From: Geosiphon pyriformis uo1
Lineage: Eukaryota > Fungi > Glomeromycota
Length of the DNA: 64,000 bases
Reading direction: 5' to 3'
Assembly: GCA_016748015.1 (NCBI GenBank)
Contig: JAAOMT010000094.1
Coordinates: forward strand, 128,520-192,519
Shown: positions 27,991 to 41,482 of the stretch, piece by piece
Layout of the letters: the number at the start of each line of letters is the position of its first letter
Numbering within the stretch: the first letter of the stretch is position 1
Translations under genes and position numbers: made by a program
Notes under the pieces: model-generated
The model's input: only the letters and a program-made list of their open reading frames with translations
What the model was told of the DNA's origin: nothing
Databases searched by the model: none

Positions 27991-28580
27991 ATTAGAATAA
28001 TAAACTAATAAATAACAAAAAAAAACAGAATTATATAAAAATAAAATTAATTTAATTTTAAAAAATAAATTAAATTAATATGAATTCAATGGGTAAAATC
28101 AATTTTATAAATATCTTAGTTGCTATTTTTTCCAAAAAAATAACAAAAAAATAATTTGTATTATTAATAAAAAATAATATACTGATATAATTTTATGTTT
28201 TATATAAGTATTCTTAGTAATATTTATTTAATAATTTTCAAATTTAATAGTTATATATAAATACCAATAAGTAATTTTTTATTTATAAATGTTTAAATAT
28301 TTAAAAAATTAGAAAAAAAAAATAAATATGAAAAAAAATAAATATTTTAAAGTAATTTTTTTACTTTAATATCTTGTATTTTTTTAAAATATTTTTTTAT
28401 AATTAAAAAACTTATTATTTATATAACTATTTAAAATAGTCAATAATTAGATTAATAATTAAATTATTGATTAAATTATTAATTATTATTTAAAAATAAA
28501 ATAAATAAATATATAATATTAGTAATTAATACATATAATAATTAATAAAAACTATAGTTTTTAATTGTAATAATATTATT
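27991..28580 (+). repeat. ~590-bp dispersed repeat, copy 2
   Basis: Direct repeat of 13458-14138. Confidence 0.75.
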
Positions 28581-30664
28581 AATAAGTTTATTTTTAATAG
28601 TCTAAATTTAAATAGTATTATAAAAAACTTAATAAATTAAATTTATTTTTATTTTTTTTATTTTAAGATTTATAAATAAAATCTAATTGTTATTTAATAC
28701 ATAGACTCAAATTAAGTAGTTCAAACTAAACACAGCTTACGCTTTTGTTACATGTGGTCAACCACTTAAATCAGACAAGACAATACTATATATCTATACT
28801 AACATAAGAATCATCATTCAAACCAGAAAAAAAACAGCACATTTTGTGCCTACTAAAATTAACAGCAAAGACTTTCAAAATACCAAACATATAAATCATC
28901 TTATCTGATAACATAAACACTATACTGTAAAACAAGTCCAAAACCAAACTATTATTTTTGACCAATCCAGCTTTTTTTATATCTATTTTATGCTTAAATC
29001 TAACAAACCATACTTTGGTGTAATGTAATTTCACAAAAAATCTTACATATTCAACAAAAACTAAAGCAGTCTTCTCTTTTCCATTAAAAACCAAAACAAT
29101 CTCAGTATATCAATCTCTTAACACAAAACTTTTGCAAATATTAGCATACAAACTTACATCCAAAGAACACAGAGAAAATGACTACAAAACAGCAGAAAAA
29201 TATGAACAAGAATTATCTACCAATAGCATCTATTTATCAAAAGCTTTACCTAAAATGTTCTTGCAAATACCAATATTACCAGCACAAGTAAAAACATGGT
29301 TAGACAACTTTACTTTACTATATAGTAAATACAATATCTTAAAATAATTTCTATTATATAATCTCTTTTCAATTGCTATTGACAGCTATTTATGAACTGT
29401 TTTTATCAAATATGTGTACAGATTGGCTAACTTTCTACTAGTAAACTCAGAGAACATATACAAGTTAGAATGCCAGACTTTTATAATAGTAGCCTAATCT
29501 ATTTTTCTAATCATGGCATTTAAAACCACATTGTAACTAAAGCCAGTCTTTTAATAAGCATAACAAACTAACTGGTACAGAATATGAACAAAATGCTAAG
29601 CATTACCAAACACAATCATATTCTCAATTATTAAAAACTGTTTATAAACCACAGTTGGCAAAAAAAAAGAAAAAAAAGTGACTTCACAGACCATTATATC
29701 AGCCTTAATATTATCCAGAACTTTTTAATATCTTTTAACTTTTACCTATTTAACAAAAATGTCTTTATCTTGAATTAGATTAGCAACATGCCTTCTTTCA
29801 ATTTAATACTGATTACAGAAATTAGACACAGTAAACAAAGTTTTGAATACACATGTATTAATTGCAAATTGACTGTTTAGATGCAAAACCACAACACATA
29901 AAAATGAAACACACTTCAACACCAAAGCAATAACTTATAACTTGGCCAAAGTAGAGGACAAAAGTCTATTTACTCTAATTTCAACACCTATGTCCAAAAA
30001 CCAGAAAGTAAGCAGCTGCTTTACTTGCTACTCTAATAGAACTTGTACACTTCAAGAATTTATCTATGTAAATTTTAATAAAATTAGACCAAATTTTTAA
30101 CAAATTTTCTTATATATCAGAGAATTTTTCAGATCTCAAAATGTTTAACTCCAGTGATTCATGTATATTGACAAATCTGATCTCCAAAAAAATATCTTTA
30201 TACAAAAACTCAGATGTTAGCATAAACCAACAAGACACAATACTTCTTGGATCCAATTTTTTCTATTACTAGAAAGTTTTCTAGTCTATTACATTCTTCT
30301 TCTTGTTTAGAAGTCTATTATCAAATACAATACCAAACTGTTTCAAAAAAAAACAGAGCTATAATACAAAAGCTGTTTCAGAATACCGAACATTAAAAAC
30401 TTATCAGAATTATAAAAAACATTAGGCAAATTGGTTGTCAAAAATAGCTTATTGTTCAAAAAAATTTTTACTACTCTGACCAAAAAGTTGTTTATTAAAC
30501 TAATACACAACTTGACAAAAAACTGCAGAGGATTTAAAGAAGACCATCTCAAAACTTGTAAATCCAAAAATTTATACTCAAATAAATACCTTAAATATTG
30601 GAGAAAAAAATCAATAAAATTATTTTTCCTTCAGACTGTATTTGCTTGAAACCTTTTAAACCAT

Positions 30665-31485
30665 TGTTACAGGTGATTATTTGGAGTCTTAAATCAAATA
30701 ACAAACTCATAACTTGGTGCTTAATAGCTGGTTTGGTGTTAATATTTAAAGAGTTTACAATTTGAAAGTTTTGGTTGAGTTTTTTGTATAATAGACAGAG
30801 ATTTAGTGGTTGTTTTTAGTAGCCTCCCAGAATCACAATCCTGTTAAATTTTTTTCTCAGTATGGTGGCCAGTAATCCTTCTGATAAGCTATTTTCAAAT
30901 CTATGAGTGTTTTATCCTTGTTTTACGAGTCTTTTACCAGTCCCTATGATGTTTGTAACTTAGTACTTAATCCTTAATCAATTAGTAAACAACAATAAAA
31001 AAGAAAAATAAAAAAGATGAAAAACAAAAAAATAGGCCAAAACAATTCAAAATTAGTATTCTATTAATAGCCATGATCAAGAGCTATTGTTCTAGTGTAT
31101 TTAAGTATGGATTACTATTAACATAAAGTGTTAATAGTGGAAAGTGGATTGAGATAGCAAATAGTTATTTATTGATATTTTGATTTGGAAGATTGCTTAG
31201 ATAAAATCTAAACTGGAAGGTCTGTCTTTTCTACTTCTAATGCTACTGTTATATATACATAATTGAGATTCCTCAATTTCTCAATTTTTTACACCAGGAA
31301 TCCTGGAATTCTTGAAATCCTGCAATTTCTTTGAGAAGAATTTTGTAATTCCTCATATAAAAATTCTGTAATTTCTGGAATCCTGCAATTCTTCTAAAAG
31401 GAATCCTGGAATTCTGCATTTACTATGTCTATTTCTGATTGGTTAATTTATATGTTAATATACTTCTTATATTCTATAAGTAATG
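30665..31485 (-). mobile_element. Solo LTR related to Gypsy-2, inserted in LINE relic 2, 4-bp TSD CCAT
   Basis: 30665-31150 is the reverse complement of the 3' half of the Gypsy-2 LTR (aacaaactcataacttggtgcttaata identical). CCAT at 30661-30664 and 31486-31489. Confidence 0.85.
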
Positions 31486-32330
31486 CCATACAAAAATAAA
31501 TAATATAAAGTCTAACTGAAAAAGTTATATAGTAAACCAGTCTTGGCTTTAAGACTTCTCTTAATTATTATATTTTACTTACAATAAACATTCAACAAAA
31601 CAAAACTAAACTGAATTCAATAGCTAATTATAAACTGCAAGACAGCTAAAACTAAATAAGAAAACTGTTTGTCCATAGTTACTTTCTTTAATACTATATT
31701 GGAAAAAAACCTAACATTTGTGTAAGCCTAAGCCAAGCTAAACTTAAAGAAACTCTTAATAAACAAAAAAATATCTAAGTATCTGTGCAACTCACCTCTT
31801 TTAGCAATTAAGATCAGCAAATCATTAATTAACAAAGAGACAATTTTAACACTTTAATTAATAAAAATAATACTGTTTTATCATTATTAATTGAAATATT
31901 ATTAATATTAAAAAATTTATTAACAATATTCAAAATATACTGTATAAAAGCTTGACTACTTTTGATCCAAATCATGTTATTAACAAAGACATCAGCTACA
32001 AAAAAAGAAGTTTTCTTTTCAATAGCATTAATTTTGCCAGTTTTTATTACAAACCTAATATTAATTCAATATTTACACATATATTTATGCCTTTTAACCT
32101 CACATAAAAGCAGATCATAGAAAATTTTCTAAAAGAGCAGAAAGAAAACCTCATTCTAATCCAAACTATTATGTATCTTATAACTATTTAAAAGTCCAAA
32201 ATCTGTTATTACTCTGTTTATCTGATCTTCATAAATGTTGCCAAAAAACTTAATAAACTGATTACATATTTTAATGTATTACAAACTAGATCTCAAATAA
32301 TGCCAGCTTACTAAATTATAAGCTTTATAT

Positions 32331-33270
32331 TGTTATATATACAAAGAAAGAAAGTTGGAAAAACAGATAAGAAAATAGACTAATAGAAAAATAATACTTG
32401 ACATATAAGCACAATATCAGAAAACTATAATATATTGTTAGCAAATTATAACACACTGCTCAGTAATATGAGCAATATCAGTAGATTAGAGCATATTGTT
32501 CAACAATGTAAGCAATGTTAGTAAATTAGAACATATTGCTCAAGAAAATATAAAATCTTATAGAACAAAAAATATATATATATAGCAAGAATATTAAAAA
32601 CAGAAAAAACAAAATTCACCCAAGAATTTAATTCAGAATCAATACTCACAACTCATTAATTATCTCATATCTCTCTCTTCAAAAGATAGTTTTTTACAAC
32701 TTAAAACAGAATTAAATCACATATTAATAAAATATTAATTATTATTTAAATCTATGTTATTATTACTTAATTAAAGAAATATTAAACACTTCTACTTTAT
32801 TAACACTCTATGTTGATAAAATTTAACACTTGAACATACTAGACCAATAGTTCTTGATTATAGTTATTGATGGGATACTAATTTTTTAATTTTTTTTTTA
32901 TTATTTTCTTTTATTTGTTTTGTTAATTTACTAACTAATTAAAGAAATTAAGTATTGAGTATTTTAATGTTAAAGATAGCCTGATAAAAGACCCAGAAAT
33001 AAAGGTATAAAACTCGAAAATTAAGAATAGCTTACCAAAAAAGCACAACTGCCAAAATAAATTGGCTACTATGCTGAAAAAAAAATTGATGAAATAATCA
33101 TTTTGAAAGACTACTGAAACAATTATTAAATCTCTGTTTATTATACAAAAAACTTCACCAAAACTTTTAGATCACAAAAACCTTCAGATATTATCAACAT
33201 TACCTAGTTATTAAGCACCAAGTTATGAGTTTGTTATTTGTATTAACATCCCAAATAATTATCTATAACA
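32331..33270 (+). repeat. 5' LTR of Gypsy-2 (TG...CA)
   Basis: Colinear with 41483-42440. ~2.3 x 40-bp tandem repeat at 32451-32542, TATA-like (TA)n at ~32573, AATAAA at ~32726. Confidence 0.92.
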
Positions 33271-33272
33271 TT

Positions 33273-33281
33273 TGGTGCTTC
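33273..33281 (+). promoter_or_regulatory. Primer-binding site (TGGTGCTTC)
   Basis: TGG motif 2 nt after the terminal CA of the LTR; the cognate tRNA was not assigned. Confidence 0.65.
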
Positions 33282-36200
33282 TTGTAAAATATAATCCAGC
33301 AGAAAAGTGGCAGACCAAGAAAATATAGAAGAAAATTATTTAGGATTCACAAAATTTTTATTTTAGTATTATTAAAGTTACCTTAGATTAATAAGTAACA
33401 ATTGGCCAGCAGAATTAGTTTTTAATTTCTACATTAACAAAAAAATTAAATCTTACTAGAGAGTCTAAAAAGATCTAGAAACCATTCTTAACAACTTTAA
33501 TAGTAAATTATTCCAAAGCACAACACTTTTACCAAACTATTTGTTTATATTAACAATTACAAAAATAAATAGAAAAATTGGAAATTATATTCAACAAAAA
33601 TTTCTTATTACTTTTGCAGATAAGAAAAAATTATAAACATTAGCAAAACCACCAAAAAAAATACAACTACCTACTTAAAAGAAACCAAGAATTGTTTCAC
33701 TTGTTTTTTAAGACCAAAAAACTTTTTATTATTTAAAAATTTAATTTACTATTAATTTGTTTTTTAAGACCAAAAAACTTTTTATTATTCTTTAAAACTA
33801 TTTTTAAAATATTAAGTAAAAATTCCTATTTATTCATTATATTATTATATACCAGAAAGTACTATTAACATAATATCAGCAGGTGTATTTACATCAATCA
33901 TGAAACCATTATTAGCCAAAATTTTGTTCTAAAGTAAACAGGAAAAAACTAAACTATTAAGAACTTATAATAAATATTTTGAAGGATTTAATTAACAACC
34001 AATTATATCATCAAAACTTTAATTATCATTACCACAACTGGATTTTGGAACTACTAGTTTTTGGGAAATAACCAACTCAAAAGAAGAGGAAAACAAAAAT
34101 CAAGAATTTAATTATCAAAACCTAATCTTAGAAAACCCAGAAATTTAAACTTCAATTGTTTAAGCCCAGCAAAACCTAAACTATTTAAACACTGCTCTTA
34201 TTGTTCCTTAAAACTTATCTCCAGTAATTGTGATTAATTTACTACCAGTTGTTTCAATTCCTATATAACAACAACAATCACAATCACAACCTTAACCACT
34301 GCCATAACAACCACTTTTACTACAACCACAACAACTGATTGTAGTACCAATGACATATACACCAATTGTCAAATTAGAAAAATTCAACAGCAAGGAAGAC
34401 AATATCCAAGTTTGGTTGAATAACATTATTAAAGCCATTACCATCAATAATTGGAACAACACTAGAGCTCTCCAAGCCATTCCATATTTTTTTTAAGTTA
34501 CTATTAATTTATGGTATTAAAGTTTTATCCAGAAATCCCAAAACTTCAATGAATTCAAAATTGAATTTTTAAGATACTTTAGCAATAATAACAATATTAA
34601 TTGCTTGGTAATGACATTTACCACTATCAAACAAAATAATATTGAAGCAGTCACTATTTATCTAAAATGCTTTTACAGAAATTTGTGCCAAATTCAAGTC
34701 ATCAACATTAATTATTTCACAGTGTCCCAAATTCTGAATCAGTTCATCTGTGTCTATACAGTAATTTCCAATAATACATATCTTTATCACATCTCTAAAT
34801 GCTTCAAGATGCAGTCACATATATCTAAGATTTTGAATTAGCTAAGCTGGAAGCCAACCACACCCAAGCTGTTAATCTAGTAATAAATAAATTATTTAAC
34901 ATAGATTTCAAGTTAAAACAATTCAGTAATTTCATCAACCAGAAATTAAAGAGATATTTAGCTAACAATCAGATAATTTATTAATCTCTACAACAGCATA
35001 AAAATTCAGAAAATTCTAATTATGTCTAACAACAGTCATGTCTGTTATCATTATCAAATTAACTATGACAACAGAAAATACATAACTGCCACTATTGTAA
35101 TAAACAAAAACACTTAAAAATAGATTGCTATTTATAGTCAAGTAATCAATAATCAGGAAATTAATATCAAAACTCTAATTATAGATTTCAAACTTCGAAT
35201 TACTACTTAAATTAAGATCAATATCAGTCTTATTACACCCTAATAATACAACAAACAATACTTACCACCAATCTATTAGACTTCAGCACCAATAATATAT
35301 CAATTATAGTCACAGGTTATTTATTAACCTCAATCATTTCAAATACCACCACAAAACTCAGCCCAAATAACACCTGAAAATCAAAGACTGAGAATTATTT
35401 ATACTTAATAAAACTGGAGATTGGTAATAATAATACACCAACCAATTCACAGTTTCTTATATCAACTATCAGAATCATACCAGTAAAGTTTGAGCAATGA
35501 GTACACCCAAAATCTGAATTTTTAAAACTACTTAAGTCTTTTGATTACTTCAGAAGATGTTCAACTCAACAAACAAAAATCCAATCAAACACAACCTATA
35601 CTTATCAGCAATATTTTATTAGCTACTATTATAGAAAACAAATTATTTACAGTCATATTCCTCTTTGAAATAGAAGAATTAGCCATGACATCTTTATTTA
35701 GTGGAGCTATTCTTAACATTAAACTGATTACTACCATGTATACAGATGCCAAAGTCAATAACCATTTTATTAAATTAATTCTTAACAGTGGATTAGTAGG
35801 TAGCATCATTACACAACAACTTATAAACCAATTAGGTTACTAAGTTAATTACACTGCCAATACCAAAATTATCACCACCAATAGAACAATAAAAATGCCC
35901 ATTAATAAAATTAATAACTTTTTATTTGAAGTCAATAAAATTATAGCACCCATTAAAGTTTTTGTTATAAAAGCTATCCAATACTAAGATTTCATTGATA
36001 ATAACTGGTTGTTTAAAACCAATATGATACTTAACTAAAATACTCAGGAATTACAATTGAGCCAAAATGATTAGAATATTCAAGTACCAGCTATTTGTGG
36101 TCATTTTAAAACTACTATCAACAAACAACCACTAATTATGTTTGAAAAAAAAGAAAAAAAACTTATTTAGGAAGTCTACTAAATTTTGTGGGCCAAAAAA

Positions 36201-37119
36201 AACACAACATATTACTATTTATACCTATCTGGAAAGAAAAAAAAAAAGAAAAAAAACTTCAAGCTAATATGTATCAATTGTGACAAAAAATTGTCTACAA
36301 TGAGCACATATTGTGGCAACAATAAGGAATAGCCAATAGCAACCAAATATTATTGTTATCCATATGTCTTTGAATACTTTAAATAACCCAAATAACAAAA
36401 AAAATAGGACAATAAGTCTTGTCTAGCATGTGAAACAATTTTTTCTGACCAAGAAATATAGAATGTTATTCCTGGGTGAGGAAAAACATGTAATGAATTG
36501 TATTAATACATAATTCTAATTAATGACTAAATATGAAGAAAAAATTCAATTAATATTATCTAAAAATAAGTATTGAGATAGTTAGAAGATTATCCACATA
36601 ACAAATATGAAATCTGAAGAATAGTAAGTGCTAAAACAGAAAGTGTTTTGACCAATAAGATATTAAAAATCAAAAACAATCCACTAATACTTTTTGAATC
36701 CAAATTTGTTCTAACTTTTGACTTTGATAATGACATCATAAATAATTCTGAGCAATTTCACGAGCACTACCAAGACTTGGCACCAACTTGTAAAAAGCAA
36801 AAGCAAAGACTAGAACAATTAAAAATGAGGCTGTATAAATACTGGCTAATTTTCAGTAACTTCAAATATTGTGATAATTGTGACTTTATTTACAATCTAC
36901 TACCACACATAATCTATTTGATCTTCAAAGAAAAAGAACTAATCAGCAAATGTACAACAGAATTGGAATCAAAATTTAATTCCAATTCAGATTCCTATAA
37001 TAATGACAACAATAGTTTTAACTCTGTTTACTATGACCATAATAATAACAATTCAAACTCTAATTACAACTTTGAGCAATATATTGCATTTTCAAATCTT
37101 GTTATAGAACAAAAACTAA

Positions 37120-37535
37120 AATAGTTCAGTAATAATAATGAAAATATTATGCCAAAATACATGTATAATACTAATACAGAATTTGATTTTAAGTATCCAA
37201 AGAAAATTGTCATTAGATTGGAACTATATTTGTGCACCAATATAGATTTGAAAATAACACTGGAAATTTCAGCAACAACAATAGTTTAATTAGCATCTAG
37301 ATCTAGCTTAGCAAAAAAAAAATTAATATCAGAAGAAAAATAATTAATATAAGATATATAAGAAATATTATTACAATATTACAAAATAATTCAGAAAAAA
37401 AATACACAATAGAACCAAACAAAAAGATAGTACAGATAATATTCTTGCCTCTGGTCAAAATAGCTTAGTTAGTATTAGTAAAAACAAAAAAAAAATTAGG
37501 AATCACAGCCAAAAAAAAAATGGGTTTAGATCAAT
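37120..37535 (+). pseudogene. dUTPase domain in Gypsy-2 pol
   Basis: NTNTEFDFKYP (from DTDAGFDLRYP), LASRSSLAK, a decayed GIIDAGY, KIVQIIFLPL and a decayed GFGS. Same position as in Gypsy-1. Confidence 0.75.
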
Positions 37536-40500
37536 GGATAGAATAGACATATTGGTTAATATGGCAGAAGAAGAACCAATTAATAAAAAAAAAGTTATTT
37601 CCACCTATCAATTACTTTTTATTCTACTATATAACTAGTATACAGTAGTTATAGAAAAAAAGATAAAGAACTAACCCCAAATTTTTGAAGTACAAATCTA
37701 CATTTGTAAATCAAGAGAAATTAGCATCACTAATCTCTACATACTGGCCAAAAACTATAAACACATCAAAATTCTAATATACAACACAACTAGAAACTTT
37801 ATCAAAATACCAAGCAGAACAGTTATCAGATACTTGAACACTAAAGTTAAAAATCAGCCACAAACTATCATTTCAGACTTTCTACAATTATATAAATATG
37901 TGAATATTACATTACAAACAATATAAGAATAAGAAGAATGTTATTTGCTTTAACCAGAACAATTAAAACAAATGAACTTAAGAAACTTAAATTCACTTTA
38001 ATGTATGTAACTCAAGATGCTACTCAACAATTTTACTGACATTTTTGCCAGTGAAAATGAATTTGACAGAACTGATATTATTTAGCATTAAATCAAAACT
38101 GAAGATACAATACCAATTAAGCAAAAAACATACAGAGTACTAGCTAGTCATAAAATTATCTAACAAGAAATCAACAAACTGTTGAACAACAGATTAATTC
38201 AATCATCTATAAGTCTATAGTTATTACCAGTAGTACTAGTCTGGAAAAAAATGGGAAAATTTACTTTTGTGTAGATTATAAAAAGCTTAACAGTATTACT
38301 CATGGAGACAGCTATCTGACTTCATAAATTCAAAAATTATTCAACACTTTTGAAGAAAAAAAATGGTTCTCTATTTTGGATTTAAACAGTAATTATTGGC
38401 AAGTAGCCATAAATCCAGCTGATAAAAAAAAAACAGCATTTACTACCAGAAAAGAGAACTTTGAATTCAATATTATGCCTTTTAGCTTAATAAATACTTC
38501 AGTTATCTTCCAATAATTAATAGAAATTGTCTATATAAAATTATTATGGAAGTTAGTAGTAGTCTACTTAAATGACACCAATGTGTTTTTTGAAACATTC
38601 AATGATTATTTTCATTATTTCTAACAAGTATTTGAAAGATTAAGAAAAACCAGATTAAACTTGAATATTACAAAGTGTTTTTTTGACAAAATAGAACTGA
38701 AGTTTTTAAGACATGTTGTGAACAAAGATGGCATTAAAATAGATTCAGATAAGATCAAAATTGTTAAGAACTTTTCAGTATCAACAAATCTCACAAAATT
38801 AAGAGCATTCTTGGGATTTACTAAATACTATTGCCACTTTATCTAAAACTTTTCCAAACTGGCTTAACTACTTCATTAACTTCAAGCCAAAGACACCAAA
38901 TATGAATAAACTAAGAAGCAACAAAAAGCTTTCAACATATTAAGATAAAACTTTATCCAAGCTTTAGTACTGATCTATTCAGATTATAGCAAATTATTTA
39001 TTATTATCACCAATATATCAGTGCAAGTCTTGAGAGCAATATTATTACAAAGAAAGCCAAATAGAAAAAACACCCAGTAGTATATGCCAGCTAAAGCTTA
39101 AGCTTAACTGAAAAGAATTATAGAACTTTAGCACTAGAACATTTGGCTATTTATTAGACTATCATTAAATAGAAGAAATATTTAAGTCAAAAGTTTGATG
39201 TATACACTAATCACAAAAGATTGACATCAATTCAGAAACAAAAATTTGGAGATAACTGCCATGCAAGATAAAAAATAAAACTATTACCATTTAATTATAC
39301 AGTACATTATAAAAGAGAAAAAAAAATAGAAATATTAATGGTTTGTCGAGAATAAAACAAATCTAAAAACAATTTTAACCCAAAAATATAACAAAAAATA
39401 AACACACAAAATATCAACAACTCTAACATTATGTTAATACTCAACAGTTCAAGAAGAAATTATCTCAAAAAGAACAAAACAACATAAAACAACAAGCAAA
39501 ATATTTTATCACTTACCAAAATATATTATATTGAAAGAACAGAAAATATCCAGATCAATCATTCAGAGTAGTTACAGAACCAGAAAAAGAAACAATATTA
39601 TTCAATATGTATTCAGATCTAACAACAGAACATTTTTATAAAAAAACAATTATAAAAAAAACCAGAAAAAGATATTATTGGCCATTTATGTATCTAAACA
39701 TCATTTAATACATTCAAAATTGTAATGCTTATTAGAGAAAAAAAAGAACAAAACCCAATAAACCACTAAGACCAATTAAAGTGAGACAACCATTTGATTG
39801 AATTTGAATTGACTTAGTCAAATTATTAATAATAACTAGCAGAAACAATAATTATATAGTAGTAGTTATGAATTATCTTACAAAATAGCCAAAAACAAAA
39901 GCAAAGAGCAGATACAAAATTTATAGCCAAATTTGTCTACCAGAATTTGATTTGTCGACATAAATATCCAAAAAAATTATTGTTAGATCAAAAAACTCAC
40001 TTTGTGAACAAAACACTAACAGAATTGAATCAAAAATTTGGAATTAAGAGACCATTATCATCATCATACTATTTATAAACAAATAACTTAGTCAAAAAAT
40101 TCAACAGAATATTATGTAAATGATAGCCAAGATCAGCCAAAAAAACCAGAACAAATAAAATTTGTTTACCATTAATACTATTTGCTTATCAAACAATGAA
40201 GCAAAATACCATACAAGCAACTTTATTTGAATTTGTTTATAGTAGAACAACAATATTATTAATTGAAATAGACATTAACACATATCTAATAGAACTAATA
40301 ACAAAAGCCAACTTCTAAAGAACATTGCTGAAAAGAACATATAAATTAATAGAAACTTAGGAAAACAAAAGACAAAAAGCAATTAATAATATTTAAAAGT
40401 TATAAAAAAAACAAAAAAAACAACATAATAACCAATTACCAAATAAACTAATTGAATTCAGAATTAAAAACAAAGTATTCTTATATTATATCAAAGTGAA

Positions 40501-41482
40501 AAAACAATAGAATAGAAAATTTAACCCCAAATAAGATGAATTATTTCACATTAAAGAAATTTTAGAAAATGACGCTTATAAATTAAAATAGGACAACAAA
40601 ATTTTAGTTAAAGCAGTACATAAAAATTAACTAAAACCATATCACAATATAGTATTATTATCTACCAGTAATATTTTACAACTAAGAATATAACAAATAC
40701 TAGTCCAACCAGATGAGATTTTATGAGATCTAGAACCAATCATAATCATCAATACAAATACATCAAATTGATCTACAAAAATAGTATATAAAAACACAGT
40801 AAACATAACAACAGCAACAAAAAAAGATAAAAATCTCAGACCACATTTACACAATAGTTCAATAATTATTCTAAGCCATAAATTAACAACAATTAAAAAT
40901 AGAAATTGTTATCAACCACCAAACAATTTGTTATCAAAACACAACAAAAAAAAGAAAAACAGAAAAAACTCCATATTAGTGACTACAAAACCAAACAAAG
41001 TATTAGTCAAATAAAATTATAAAGAAAGTAAAAAACACTTTTAGAAAAATACCAAGAATAATTTTAACAGAGAAACTAACCAAAAAAAACTAGAAGTTAT
41101 GGATAGAACAACTTTCATTAGCATACTGTTATTATCAACTGAAACAAAAACTGAATATTCAGAAATTATACATCAATAAATCTAAAAAAATATTCAATCA
41201 AGAAATAGTACAACAAATTGAAAAGTTTATTAGAAAAAAAACAAATTCAAGAATATATATTAAAACAATTTATTGACTACACATTATATTTTAAAACTAT
41301 CCAAAAATATTACTACACCAAAAAATAGAAACAATAACCATTAACCAGTAAAGAAATATAAACAACTCTCAATGTGAAAAAATAAAGAACAGAATTGAAC
41401 AAACAATATTAGAAAAAGAAATAATAAACTTAATTCAAAATAAAAATTTTAATAAAGCTCAATATTAAAAAAGAGGAAATAA

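Noticed and set aside
13458-28580. The two ~650-bp repeats as paired LTRs of one element
   Set aside because: Possible, but no TG/CA termini, PBS, PPT or TSD could be read, so left unresolved.
31265-32545. Short repeats that might suggest a CRISPR-like array
   Set aside because: Eukaryotic LTR tandem repeats with no unique spacers and no cas genes.
18100-41400. Alternative genetic code or stop read-through to explain the many in-frame stops
   Set aside because: Stops fall at Trp/Gln/Arg codons via transitions and come with frameshifts; the host genes use the standard code.
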